Shown here one piece after another: positions 52,066 to 64,000 of a DNA stretch of 64,000 nt. The position numbers and the translations under genes are program-made. This DNA comes from Salisapilia sapeloensis CBS 127946 (lineage: Eukaryota; Protista; Oomycota), in contig JAADVB010000004.1 of NCBI GenBank assembly GCA_023334545.1, positions 1 to 64,000 on the forward strand. The letters run 5' to 3'. The notes under the pieces are model-generated. The model searched no databases, was not told the origin of the DNA, and saw nothing but the letters and a program-made list of their open reading frames with translations. The stretch's first letter is position 1; every line of letters starts with the position of its first letter.

Positions 52066-52812
52066 TTACATGATGAAAGCAGCGACCGTTGTGATGGCAG
52101 CCACAGAGATACCGGCCTGAAGTTGGATACTGGCAGCGCCATCGCTCTCACTTCCGCTCTCACTTGCGCTGCTTGCCGAGCTTTCACTTTCACTTTCACT
52201 CTGAGAGCTCACGCTTTCACTTTGAGACTCTCCACTTCCATTTTGAGATTGTTCACTTCCGCTTTCAGAATCTTGGTCCTCGCCGATTTGACTGTCCACT
52301 TGCGACGCAATGCTTGACGCAATGCTCGATACAGTGTCGTCGACATCATCATTGTCCGAATCTTCCGTCTCCGACGCACTCTGGTCTTGATCATCGCCCT
52401 CCGATCCATCACCAATAGTGCTGGTAGCAGTGTTCGGGAAGATCTCCTTTAATGTCTCGCTGTCAATGTCCGGGATGCGAATGTAGCCATCGTCTTCAGC
52501 CACGTCCGTGCAAATCTTGTTGTAGCCATCAAGGAGTCCTTGCATGTTGGTGACGCCAGTGTCCGTCAAGTCAACTTCACAGTCCGGGTACTTGTCTGAC
52601 CGTCTTGTGTACGCCTCCTTGCAAAAGTCGCTGCACTTGATACTCTTGTTGTCTCTGTCCATGCAGCCCGCTCCCTCCTGGGATCCAAGTTGCGGGTCCG
52701 ATAGTAGATCGATGATCTGCTTTTGTTGTTCAGCCGTGCATTCGACTGCTTCCACGTGTGTAGACGGGAGCGTGGCAACAAGAACGGAGGCGGCTAAGAA
52801 GTAGCGTAGCAT
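52066..52812 (-). CDS. Secreted elicitin-like protein with a Ser/Glu-rich stalk and a GPI-like C-terminal signal
   Basis: Signal peptide, six cysteines in elicitin-like spacing (VEC...GC...KCSDFC...PDC...KIC), low-complexity SESQSES stalk, and hydrophobic tail GAASIQLQAGISVAAITTVAAFIM. Confidence 0.7.
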   Translation of the reverse strand: MLRYFLAASVLVATLPSTHVEAVECTAEQQKQIIDLLSDPQLGSQEGAGCMDRDNKSIKCSDFCKEAYTRRSDKYPDCEVDLTDTGVTNMQGLLDGYNKICTDVAEDDGYIRIPDIDSETLKEIFPNTATSTIGDGSEGDDQDQSASETEDSDNDDVDDTVSSIASSIASQVDSQIGEDQDSESGSEQSQNGSGESQSESVSSQSESESESSASSASESGSESDGAASIQLQAGISVAAITTVAAFIM

Positions 52813-53271
52813 CTTGACTAGATCGTTTGATGGGAAGAGTGCTCGATGTGTCCAGTGGATGGAAAGTTGGGAAATGAGCTCTTTGGTAGCCGAGTGAGCC
52901 TAGTTGAACGAATTGCATCGATGAATTCATCTCCAGTACCTCATTCAAGTACCTTCTACTTGAATTTGTATTGTCAACTGATTTATTTGTGCAGTTGTCA
53001 GCATCTTCTGCGCCACGCATGCCGAAAATTCGGAGGGAAAGACATCCATCACCCGGCAAAGTCACTTAAAAAGGAAGGGAGTGGAAAATCCAAAGATGAT
53101 TTTTTACCATTTTGATATACGTATCTTCTGTTGTTCTATCCTTATGTCAGATCCTTTGAAACATAATATAGAGTGTTGGATGCAATTCTAGAGGTCGACC
53201 AGGTTTCATGCCAGTTATAACGGTTGCAATCTTCCACGGACAGATTGTAGATCAAGCCAAGCCATCGCGCT

Positions 53272-56195
53272 ATGCTCGCCTTAACAGAGCACGTGCTGCA
53301 ATGGATGCCGTCTGCCAACGTCACGGCTTGTGACTGCTGCCATGAGTTCATGGTGTTTGCGGTAGAGCACCCAGACTCAATCGTGCTGCACATCTACCGC
53401 TTTGGCAGCACGTTTGCAAATAATAGGCATCCGCTGGAGCTCTTTGATCATAAGTCGACTATCGAGTGCATACGAGTGCGTCGTCTTGATGATGTTCTGC
53501 TTATCTGCTCCGCTTCCAAAGACAGGTACGCGTCTAGAGGCGATCGGTCATTCATTTAATCATATCATGTTCTCGTGCGAGTAGAGTCATAGCGTGGCAG
53601 CTCGCTTTTGATGGCACGATCTTGAACAGGACGATGCTCATGAAAGACGCATCTGCCCCACCTTCCAGTATAGTATTCGACGCAACATCCTCCATGGTCG
53701 CGATTGCAGTCCATTGCAACGTCCAAGTCATGGCTCTATCCACTTGCTCCGTCTACGCTTCCATCGAAGGACACATCGCTCCAGTACTTCCCATCCTTGT
53801 CACCATGCTCCCGTACTTATACGATTAGCTTAACGCTTGAAGTAGGTAACAGACTGCATGTTCCACCCGACTAGACCTCATTTGCTTGTAACGATATCGG
53901 AGGATCGAACTTTCAAGGTAGAGTGCCACTTGTTATCTCTCAAGTATGTTCAGGATATGCCTAATCTACGAGTTAGATGTGGGACTTGGCTAGTAGAGAC
54001 CTGCTTTTTCAGTCATCCGTTTTATCCGCCTTTGCCATCCTTTCCATCGCGTGCAATCCGATCAATGGAGATGCAATCTTAGGCTTTGCAGATGGTACGA
54101 TCAAGATCTTCAAGGTGGAGGACACGCATGGTAGGGAGATCATGACGCTGGATATGGACCTCTTCAATCGACGCCGTGTTCGGAAACAAGTATGCAATGC
54201 ATCCTTCTATCACGAGACTTCTGTTTCTAACTGCTAGCGACGTAGCGTCAAGAGGAGCTACGAGAACGCATTCTACAGGAACCTGCCGTCCTCAGCTCTC
54301 TTGCTCCTTGGGAGCAAAGCGAGGCTGCACAACGGACAGCAAAGCTGCAGAGCATTCTTTCCAACCCAGCAGCTGTGGACGACCCGGACATTGTCGGCGA
54401 TGATGTCGTGTCTCTCCCTTCCTGTCCGATACTTGCGCTGCACTGTATAGCTCGACAGGGTGTGTACAGCAACAACCAACGAGAAGACAAGCTGCATGAG
54501 TTCAATGGCTATTACGAAGAACAACTCGTCGATTCAGAGCAGATTATCGTCATTGGAACGCCTGCGTACTTGTTCACAGTCAATGCGTTGTCGTACGATA
54601 TCGAGTTGAGTCACGAATGGCAGCTGCCGTTCCCTTCTAAGCAACTAACCAAGAAGCGCTCGTCTGCTATTGGTGCCGCAAAGCAGTTTTCCTTTTACAC
54701 TTGGCAGAATCAACTCTCCTTTAGCATCGTCAGCGCCTTCCGTCCTTGTGTCACACATGTGGACGTTATCGTACAGCCGTCAGAGCCGTCTAACGAAACA
54801 CCTTCAAGACTGTCTGTTCTTCCGCTGCAGCCTCCTCCCGCCGGAAGTATCCTCTTATTGCCTCCTCTCAAGGCTCCATCCCCAGCAAGCTCAACGTCCT
54901 CCTCTCCGTCCAAGACATCCAAGTCTAGCTCCATCGTCAACCGACCGGTCACTTTCCATTCCAGAGTCAAGTCCTCCGGGTATGGCGACGACGTTCCTTT
55001 CAGCGTACGCAAGAAGCGTGCTTCGAGTCGGTCTGCACCAAAGAGTCCAGTGCAAAACTACCTCCGGGAATACCCCACCACCTGCCATCCTCTCACGCAC
55101 TTCCAGCCAAAACATGCTTTACCAAAGGATAGGAAACTCCATCGAGGAGCCATCCTACAGCTAGAGTATTCGCCTGATACCAAATGGATCGGACTGTGCG
55201 GCAGTGACAGCGTCGCTCAGGTATGCAAGTTACCGTTCAGTCGCTTCCAAGGCGAAGGAAACATCTTGGCCGAGCACGACCAAGCCGTGCGCAGTCTCCA
55301 CTGGAGCCAGACGAGTAAGCAGGTGCTCACTACATCCAGTGACGGAAGTGCCAAGCTGTGGGTTGCCGAAAGCGACTGCTCTTCCTTAACGTTGAAGGGT
55401 GATGTGCCGGCACGAGTCGCTGGTGTCGCGTACAGTAGCAAGAAGAACGTGATATGTCCTCCTGTACTTGACGCTCAGTTCTTTTACATGGACAAGTTCG
55501 TGGCAAGTATCTCTGGAAGCACCCTTCGACTGCACCAGTGTTATGTCGATGAAAAGTATGCCCATCGCATGACGAGTCTGCACAAGCAGAAACGGAAGAA
55601 GAGCAACGATATAGACGTCGAAATCAATCGGAGTCGGAAGAAAAAGGTGGCCCAGTTTTCTATCGATAGCGCTCAGAAACTCACAGCTGTTGCATGTATC
55701 AACGGTGGCTTCCTTTCTCCTCTCCTCGTCGTCACGGCCTCGGATCGGTCCATGCACCTCATCGACATGGCTGCTGACCGAGTCGCTCGCACCGTCACGG
55801 ACATCCATTCGAGAGCAGCCCACGCCATCAGCATGCCGCAGCCTTCTGTCTTCACAAGCCACGCGCCCAATCTCTACGACTTGCTCCTGACGAGTGCACC
55901 TGACAGCAGCGTCAACGTCTGGGACGTCCGAGCCGACAACTGCGTCCTCAAGTGTGCCGAACACGTTAACCGCGTCCATCCGCTGCGTCCAGTCTTTAGT
56001 CCTTGCATGCGGTACATTGCCATCGGGTCCGAGGAGCGACATGCATACCTGTACGACATTCGCACCGGCCGCAGTCTACACAAACTACCAGGCCATACAG
56101 ACGTCGTGACAAGTGTAGCATTCCACCCTCTCCATCCGCAGCTGGCGACCTGTTCTTCCGACGGCAGCGTCCGCTTCTACTCTGACAAGGTCTAA
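53272..56195 (+). CDS. WDR27: WD repeat-containing protein 27-like, multi-exon
   Basis: C-terminal HVNRVHPLRPVFSPCMRYIAIGSEERHAYLYDIR...GHTDVVTSVAFHPLHPQLATCSSDG, plus the RPVTFHSRVKSSGYG and REYP motifs typical of WDR27. The 5' exons were inferred from adjacent ORF fragments. Confidence 0.8.
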
Positions 56196-56287
56196 GCTGT
56201 TGTAAAAAGACTCTTCATTTCTTGTTACCTCCTACGAAAAAGAGTAAAACGTTCTTCACGCACATGACGCTCTTGTTTCCTTCAAGT

Positions 56288-57631
56288 CTAAACGCGCACC
56301 GCAGGGGAGTTGACAAAGGACCCTTCGTCCTCGTCCTTCTTGTTCTTGGTGCTCTTGCGGCCTTGCTCAACCGCACTTTCCTCTCCCTCCGTCGACTCGT
56401 CATCGTCGTCGTCGTCGGCCTGGTCCGCCTTGGCGCCAGCGATCGTGCGCTCCAAGTCGCGTCGAGCACGGTTTTTGCGGACGATAAACACGGCAAAGAC
56501 GATGATAATGGCAAACAAGGTGACCGTCGCGGATCCGGCGATGGCAACTTCCTTGGTGTCTCCGTCCTCGAGCTTGTTGAAAAAGTCCGTGACCATGGCC
56601 GTGGCGGTACCGCTCGTCGTCTCGTTTGACGAGTGGACATTCTTCATCGGCTGGGACAAAAACTCCTTGCGCTGGTCGGGCGTCATGCACTCCGGCACCT
56701 CGCTCTTGATCCAGAGCCAGTTGACGATCTCGCCTTCCTCACGATGGCCACACTCGGTCAGCAGCAGACGCTTGCCTTCCGGCTCAAAGTTGAGCACGAA
56801 GCGGCCGTTCGTCTGGTCCTCGCCACTGAGCGTGCACTCAATGTTCGCAACAACGTGGTACGCGTAGCTATCGTTTTCCTCCAGCTTCTTCTCCTCCACG
56901 GCGTCCAGCGTCATGTTGAACGAGTCACACACAGAGCTGTCGTTGTACGCGATGAAGGCGTAAAGCGAGGCTTTAACCACCAATGTCGGAGGATCCTCGA
57001 ACACACTCACCCACTTGTCTTCGTTGCGAAGATCGATCTTGTCGATTTCGGCGCTACCTTCAGCAGAGCGATCGAGCACACCGTCGCGGGATTTACCTTC
57101 AATACGTTTGTCGTTCTGGTCTTCGCCCTCTTCCGTGTCCGTTTCCTCTTCTTCCTCGACTGCCTCAGTGGTGCTTGACTTTTTCGTGTGGCTGCTGCTG
57201 GATCCACTTGAACTCTTGGCCTTCTTGGGCTTCGTGGCCTCCCTCTCGGCGTCCGTAAATTCCGGATCTTCGAATTCCTCTTCCTCCTCTACCGCTTTCT
57301 CCTCCACGCTCTGGGACTTTTTCTTAGGCTTGGGCGAGGGCTCTTCCTCGACCTCCTCCTCGGCTTCCTGCTTGGTCACTTGCTTATTATGCTGGGCGTT
57401 CATTTCCGCCTCTTCCTCTAACTCCTCTTCCTCATCTAGATTATCTTCAGCAGGAAGCGCTTCCTTTGTCTTGAGCACACGGTCCATCTCGTGCACCGAG
57501 TGCGTCTGATCGACTACCGCCTGATCGGCGCGTGTGAGTTCCTGCGTCGCTGCAACGTCCGAGGGGGCGGCCAGCACCGCGGTGGCTGCTGCTGCGGCCA
57601 GTACGATCCGCCAGAGAGACTTGACCTGCAT
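56288..57631 (-). CDS. Type I membrane protein: signal peptide, acidic low-complexity region, four-Cys extracellular domain (possibly cystatin-like), TM helix, acidic tail
   Basis: MQVKSLWRIVLAAAAATAVLA, Glu-rich region, YNDSSVCDSFNMTLDAVEE...YAYHVVANIEC, and TM AIAGSATVTLFAIIIVFAVFIV followed by RKNR. Confidence 0.7.
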   Translation of the reverse strand: MQVKSLWRIVLAAAAATAVLAAPSDVAATQELTRADQAVVDQTHSVHEMDRVLKTKEALPAEDNLDEEEELEEEAEMNAQHNKQVTKQEAEEEVEEEPSPKPKKKSQSVEEKAVEEEEEFEDPEFTDAEREATKPKKAKSSSGSSSSHTKKSSTTEAVEEEEETDTEEGEDQNDKRIEGKSRDGVLDRSAEGSAEIDKIDLRNEDKWVSVFEDPPTLVVKASLYAFIAYNDSSVCDSFNMTLDAVEEKKLEENDSYAYHVVANIECTLSGEDQTNGRFVLNFEPEGKRLLLTECGHREEGEIVNWLWIKSEVPECMTPDQRKEFLSQPMKNVHSSNETTSGTATAMVTDFFNKLEDGDTKEVAIAGSATVTLFAIIIVFAVFIVRKNRARRDLERTIAGAKADQADDDDDDESTEGEESAVEQGRKSTKNKKDEDEGSFVNSPAVRV

Positions 57632-58083
57632 GATTGGTTTCTACTAGGCTACTTGGACGGTCGACGTCGGGACAAGGCAGCAAAAGCGAGAATAAACGTC
57701 AAGATTGGCATCCGGTCCACGTGGCCACAATTCAGTTAAGATCGAAAAAAGGTTTTCACTTGGAAAATGTATACGCACGAGCTGACTACGTGATACATTT
57801 CACTCTCGGACCAAATGGGCAGCATAAATGGTGCTACGACGAAAGGGTCTTGAGGGGGTGGGCAGGAGGCGGCGAGGGATAGACTAATGGATAAGAAGAC
57901 GCACCTTCTTGGACGGTAAGCTATTCCGAGTAAGACTACAAGACGGAGACCAGAATAGAGTGTAGCCTAAGACGAATCCGCCAAACCGAATGGCATGGAT
58001 GAAGCATAGCTGGCAGTCTGTTCGCCCACCTGTTTTCGTTAATCGTACGCGACCTTGAAACGTCGGGAGCGAACGATTGTAGC

Positions 58084-58884
58084 ATGGTCTCCAGTAGTCG
58101 CGTCGAGAGCTCCGACGAGGACACGTCTTCTTATGACAGTGACGACGATCAGGAGAGCGAGATCTCAACAGACGAGTCGGCAGAGGAACAGGAAGACGTA
58201 GACATCAAGAAGGAGAAAATCGCTGCCGATGTCGAGCTCCTCCGGCAAGCAGTCGCCGAGATGGATCGCATCAAACTGCGATTGCAATTCCGAGCCATCA
58301 AGGAACAGCAGGATGGACGAGAGCAGCGGCATATAGAGGAAGTAGCTATTAAAGAAGAAGAAATACAAGCTTTGAAGCTGCAAGTAGAGGAATACCACAG
58401 ACAAGAGGCTGCTCGACCAAAATTGAAGCATGTTGCCACGAACACAACTGTGGACTTGACACATCACGCTACACAAACAGACGAGGATTTGTCAAGACAC
58501 CTAAAGACGAACATGGAAACTCAGACTGTACAATGCGTGCAAGAGTCGAGCTCAACCCCAAGTTTCCATGACTCGCGGTCCGAGAAATCTTCGCTTCAAG
58601 AAGAAAAAACACCAAATATGAAAGACTACAACCAGCACAATAGCCCTTTGAGTGCACGGAACAGTTCTTCCGATGCTTACAGCCCACATGACTCGTTGGA
58701 CGTTACTATACCTGCGTCCAACTACCACTCAAGCAACCACAGTCCAACTGCAGAACGACTTCGTCAACGCTTTTTCAACAACAACCAGTCGATGGAGATA
58801 GACCTACAATCAGATATGAGCGCAATGCCGACAGAGCAAGAGCGAGAACTGGATGCTATTCGAGCTCTACTCCTCGACAGATGA
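58084..58884 (+). CDS. Hypothetical coiled-coil protein (266 aa)
   Basis: Uninterrupted ORF with ATG, acidic N-terminus and heptad-like helices. No family recognised. Confidence 0.65.
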   Translation: MVSSSRVESSDEDTSSYDSDDDQESEISTDESAEEQEDVDIKKEKIAADVELLRQAVAEMDRIKLRLQFRAIKEQQDGREQRHIEEVAIKEEEIQALKLQVEEYHRQEAARPKLKHVATNTTVDLTHHATQTDEDLSRHLKTNMETQTVQCVQESSSTPSFHDSRSEKSSLQEEKTPNMKDYNQHNSPLSARNSSSDAYSPHDSLDVTIPASNYHSSNHSPTAERLRQRFFNNNQSMEIDLQSDMSAMPTEQERELDAIRALLLDR

Positions 58885-59081
58885 TGTACCACGGTAGAGG
58901 TCATTGTGGCTGATCTACGGATAAATACCTTTTATGACTCATGAAATGATAACCACCGGTTTTATACATGCTTTATTATACGCAAACTAACTGTAGTATT
59001 TTATATATTAAAATTATCCGGATACCCACAACACAAACCCAACACGGCGTCTAATTCAGTTCGATCAGGTACGCGACGAGG

Positions 59082-61804
59082 ATGGCCGAGTTTCTAGAGA
59101 TGATTCTCGCTCAGGTATGCTCCAAGCACCTATACTGCATCCATTATCGCATCCTTGTGTACTCATCATGCTTATATTCTCCGATGACCATATAAACATT
59201 CGATCTTGGACCATTTCCGGCACTATAGCTTATTGGGAATATCTCGACAGCCTTGATCGTCGTCATTTTTTATTTCAACTTCCTTCTCTTTGAGAGCTAC
59301 CTTCGACTTATCGTCTGGGCTATCCTCTTCAGCCAAGCACTCCGACAAGCCAAGAACAATGTCGTCTCCGTCTTGCAATATCTCAGCGATCATCCGGACG
59401 TCCCTCGATACGTGCGTTTACATTCGCTACACCTGCTCTCACAACCTCTTACCTTCCTCTACATAGGGCCTTTTAACATGCGTCTTCTCCAAATCGTGCC
59501 ACATATTTTTCTATCATCCGGCGGACGGGAGCAGGCGCTCTTACAAGGAGCTTTTTCTAAACTACGGCGCTTTTGTATTCTCGCTGCTAGGGGCCATCTC
59601 CATCTGGCTACGGTTTTCACCCGCAGCTTCCATCCTGCACTTTTGGATCGGATGTAGCCTCGTGTGCTTGAGCATACTCAAACTCCTCGACCGCCGCGTC
59701 TTTTACTACCGATACTTTATCTCGGACGAAGTACTCGTCTCCACTTGCCTTATCATTGGCTTCTTTTCAACGGTATGATATAATTCCATTCGCTTCTGTG
59801 GTGGTTCGTGACTTAACTGCTTAAATGTAGGCATTTATGGTAGTGCTCTATCTCGGTACAGAGAGCTATTTGGAAGGCAGTCGAGCAGCAACCGACCTTT
59901 CGCATTGGGTGCAAACGAACTTTATCAATGACGAGCGTACTCGTCAGATCTGGAGCGAGCAGGTGGAGCAAGGGCGAGAGATGCTGTCGGCAGGGTTCAG
60001 CAGCATCGAAGACAATTATAATCACACCATGTGGTGGCCTCCATTCAAGTCTCTCGTGAAAGCGTACTATATAGATGCCAAGTACGACACAGACATGCCG
60101 GAACCATCACTCTATTCGCGACTTTCATTACCAGAGAACTTAACCTTCTTCGATGCCATCACATTAGCGTACACAAAAGTCGATGGCGTCAACTTAACAA
60201 GCGTCCAGCTCACGGACTGGACATCCAAAGGTCTAGAAGTCAGCAGCATTGCCTTTGGGTCGGTGCTCCAGCTACTCCTACTTGTCTGCACCCTCGTCAT
60301 CGCTTTTGTGAGCATGGGCATTCGTGCCGTCTTCTTTCAGTCCTCACTCTTCTATCTCTTGTGCACCAAGTGGGATCCGATCGAACGCTTCGTAGAGGAC
60401 CTACTGCCCATTCAATCGGAGAAGAAACCTCAGGTGCTCCGGTCACTTCGCAAAGTCATCGAAGGCGTCTTCTTCCTACCGCTGAAGATGGCCAGTATTC
60501 ACGCCCTCGTCACCCTACTGTCCTTTTCGATCGTCGGAGTAGACTTTTTGTACCTCGCGGCCTCTGCCACCTTCTTTCTATCGCTTGTCCCAATCATGCC
60601 ACCGTATCTCGTCTGCGTTCCGTGGGCAGTATCCATTGGCATTTCATCCTCCTTCATCAAGGCTGTTGTCCTCTTTGGCGTTCAGTACGTTGCCTTCACC
60701 ATGCTAGACGACATGCTGTATGAAAAGAGCATCGTCGCTGTCAACTCGTACGTCTCGGCACTTAGCGCTGTCTTTGGCGTCTACGTCTTCGGCTTTGAAG
60801 GCGTGATATTTGGTCCACTGCTCGTCTGTGGCGTCTACTTTACCTATGAAGTGTCGAACCACGGCATCCAAGCCGCACAGGACGACCATATGAGGTCTTT
60901 TGACGATCTGCACAAGCCACTAGATGAGAGTGCAGACGAGTCGTCTCAAGAAGGCAGTCCTCGTCGTGATCCTACTCCGTCCGGCAGTAGCGACACCGCC
61001 TTTAACTCGAATAATATTTTCTCAGACGCCATGTATCGAGTGATCTCGGCGCCACTCGTAGATCGCGTACGCCGCCGATTCTCGATGGACATTTCGACCG
61101 AAGAGTCTTGCGTTGTCACGTTTGTCATTGAAGGACTTCGGACGAGCAAAAAGGTGCGATTCGTCGTCGATCGAAGCTGGAGTATGCGCCGTCTTCAAGA
61201 CGCCATTAAGCACAAGTTGCATGTCCAAGCAGTTGAGTCCATTCTCTCCGAGGACGATGAAGAGATCTTGTCGCCCATGCACATTATGCCGCATGAAACG
61301 CTGCATGTCAAAGTGAAGCCAAGAGCACGGACTACAGAGTCCGTTTCCTCCGAGGTACATGTGACGCTACCACATCATACGAGCGTACCTTCTCTCATTC
61401 GAAACCACAGTAAAGGTTCGAAAGAGAAAGCCTCTGCATTGGCATCCGTCAGCTCCCCAGTCATGACCAAGAAGATGGGACATAAAGGTAGTACTGCCGC
61501 TCCAACCATCGCTCAGGATAGTATGTATCGTCGCAAGTCGACGTCAGGGGCTGCAGCCAAAGGAGACGAGCCAATGACTCGGCGTAGAAGTAGTTGCAGT
61601 AGTATCGGTACGGACCGAAAGCTTTCGACTGTCATGAGTGAAGAGTCTGGGGTGGGGTCCTTTGAGGACGTGTCGCCTCACGAAGCACTGGAGCAAGACA
61701 CGGACGTCGAGAATGTGGGCTCGCATAAAGAGAGGAAGGGTGCCAAGTGGGCGTTTTCTCCTCTCGCACTTGAACGCAAACTGTCCTACAATTCAAACAA
61801 ATGA
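59082..61804 (+). CDS. TMEM245: TMEM245 / AI-2E-family membrane protein with a cytoplasmic ubiquitin/PB1-like extension, multi-exon
   Basis: FLLFESYLRLIVWAILFSQAL, QSSLFYLL, VIEGVFFLPLKMA, YLVCVPW and VFGVYVFGFEGVIFGPLL are the TMEM245/AI-2E pattern. Confidence 0.8.
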
Positions 61805-61909
61805 CCGCATGACGTTAGCCTCGTCTTACGAATCTAAATTTGGTAACAACGCTACCTATTCTTATTCTTTTTAGTCATTTCTTATTCTCCCGTGAGACTA
61901 CTACACGTC

Positions 61910-62560
61910 ATGTCGAGTGAGAAAGCACCGCCTGCTGAAAAGTTTGGACTGGTTCGATCTCTACTACAGGAGGAAGAACGAACGTATGTCAAGCGCCGGA
62001 AGAGTCGGAAACCGTTCCAACACGACATTGCAACTCAGAGACTGACGTCTCCGTACAAGCCTCCAGGGAAAACTGTCAATGCGAAACCGTATTGGTGTGC
62101 TTCGACAAAGTACAACAGCGAAGAGTCAAAGAAGGAGGGGCAGAAGAAATCCCAAGTTTCCGCATTCAAACGTGAAGATGAGCTATTTCAATCAGTCATG
62201 CGCTATCAGCCACATAGATGGCAGCATGCAGACCAAGATGAAGGGGTAGAAAATGTAGTCGATCACAATGACAAGCTATCGTCTGTGAAAGACGGACAAG
62301 GGATGCGGCTAATGCGAAGAAGACAAGGAGTATATGGTCTGGATGCGCTTTCAGTCATCAAGCCTTTTTCGAAGGACTTGACACCACAGCAAAGGCTGGT
62401 TCAAGATTACCTGTACGCGTTTCACTCTCGGGTCATTTTCTCGTTTGACGAGCAGTATCGAGCGTCTCGGAAGTACAGAGCCAAGGTTGTGGCAGGCGAC
62501 ACAGAGAACGGAGAAAACAAAGATGATATACCTTTACACCGCCAACGAAGTAAGCGGTGA
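61910..62560 (+). CDS. Hypothetical basic protein (~216 aa)
   Basis: Open frame from ATG 61910 with coding-like composition. No family recognised. Confidence 0.55.
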   Translation: MSSEKAPPAEKFGLVRSLLQEEERTYVKRRKSRKPFQHDIATQRLTSPYKPPGKTVNAKPYWCASTKYNSEESKKEGQKKSQVSAFKREDELFQSVMRYQPHRWQHADQDEGVENVVDHNDKLSSVKDGQGMRLMRRRQGVYGLDALSVIKPFSKDLTPQQRLVQDYLYAFHSRVIFSFDEQYRASRKYRAKVVAGDTENGENKDDIPLHRQRSKR

Positions 62561-62609
62561 GTCCACGAGTGCAATAATTCTAGCATGCTGGCAGTCTGTG
62601 TCGTACAAT

Positions 62610-64000
62610 TTACAAATTTATTTTACTCAATCCACTTCCACCAAGTCTTTTGTTTTGACCTGACCGGTTGTTTGACCACTGGAAGAAATCACAACGAGCG
62701 TTCGGATCTCCCCTTTCCCCCTACAATGAGAGATTAGTACAAGATTGATTAATCTATCCTTCACCAAGGTCTCTTTTTAGTTCATGTAGAACGTACCGCT
62801 GGCTTTTTACAGACGTAAAACTTGCGACCCCAATTCTCTGTGGCTTTCACGACAGATCGGAGCACAGTTGGAAGACCGCAGTTGCAAAGTGGCGTTGTCG
62901 GCGGCCGGCCATTTAGTACCTGCGACCACTCCATTCGTTTGTTTTCGGTTGCTAGGCGCTGCTCTTCATGTACCTCTTTAATAATAGCTTGAGAGTCTGC
63001 TTCTGATTCTCCACTTGCACTTGCAGGTAAAAAGAAGGCTTTGTGATGGCTCTGTTGCTTTAGTGTGTGTGCCGCCGGGCTGGAAAAGAAGGATGCGATG
63101 GACCGCTGTCCTCCTACTTTTCGTTTCTTTGTCGCTTTGATAGGAGATACAGGACGCGCTTCATCGGCATCTTGCTGTTTTTGTTGTGAGAAAAACGCAG
63201 TTATGGATTGCTGCTTGCCCGCAAACTCGGTAAAGTAGCGACTGCACAAGGCAGGAGGTTTATCCGGCCCACAAGGTGGAAGTATTTCGCCTGTCAATAT
63301 GACAGGACAGTGATCGGAACCGAGCTGGTTTGGGTGATGGACACAGTCAGACACACGCAAGTGAAGCGTGAGATCAATAAGAATGTAGTCAATACGGGTG
63401 CCGTAGTTGGTCTCTCGAGCACTCGTCTTGGTATTCCAACATGTATAAGCCTTTGCTTCTTTTGGATGGAAATATCGAAAAGCGTCAACTAATAATCCTG
63501 GAGGTCCAGGACTCTGTCTCTTTTTATCTTCTAGTGTAAGTTCGCTTATGGCGAATGTGTCCATCCAGAGACGGAATGGATGCTTTTCAAATGGTCCGTC
63601 CTCATCATCTTGCGGATCGCAATGGTCGATCCTCCGATGCGAGATATTGATATCACCCTACATGGCATCCACATACACCGATGAGTTAAAATACATGCCT
63701 ATTTGATATAGAAGAACAGCCTGTACCACTACAATAACAGGCTTGCCATCCGCCTGAAGCGTTTGCACACGGTCTTGGAGCACTTTGTGGAAGGACAGCT
63801 TATATTCCAGTCGCTCCATATTCCGGAGTGCAGGGCAGTAAACATTAAATAGCACAAAGGTCCCATGGTCCGTCAGGATGCATCTTCCTTCCGTCTCTAG
63901 ATCCTGCACAAAAGCCGATGAAAACTACAAGTTGATAAGCGTCATGTTATATCGATCGAATAGTTCGGTGAAAGTGAACCGCACATCGTTGTGGATCGAT
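62610..64000 (-). CDS. APEX2: AP endonuclease 2 with a C-terminal GRF zinc finger (5' end outside the window)
   Basis: FVLFNVYCP, LVDAFRYFHP...AYTCWNT...NYGTRIDYIL, GSDHCPV, PIP-like QRSIASFF, and GRF finger LCNCG...VVKATENWGRKFYVC..P|GERGDPNARCDFFQW. Confidence 0.93.

Overview
Eukaryotic DNA that looks oomycete-like (short GT-AG introns of about 50-90 nt, an elicitin-like gene, a WLGC-ending TM-LRR gene); the species cannot be determined from the sequence. The window has two compartments. (1) About 1-9.2 kb is an AT-richer transposon graveyard. It holds two ~93% identical Gypsy-like LTR copies, a tRNA-Gly(GCC) gene, a pogo-type DDE remnant, a MITE, and a decayed Mutator-like (MULE) element. 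Along one strand the MULE coding region runs MULE DDE - SWIM - Zn knuckle - Ulp1 protease - PHD - AWS - SET. (2) About 9.2-64 kb is a very compact block of roughly 27 mostly housekeeping genes: UBA2/SAE2, NKAP, MTFP1, FMO, acyl-CoA oxidase, FAM32A, class-3 lipase, BEACH, ACL4, ankyrin, GGNBP2, SET methyltransferase, elicitin-like, WDR27, TMEM245 and APEX2 (truncated at the window edge), among others. The best leads are the chromatin/SUMO-enzyme-loaded MULE and three unusual architectures: UBA/PDZ fused to a PP2A-A-like scaffold, Ada3-like plus Tudor-like, and Cys-rich plus Rrn10-like plus arm/AP2-like. All family calls come from motif recognition by eye. No database searches were run, so novelty is unverified.
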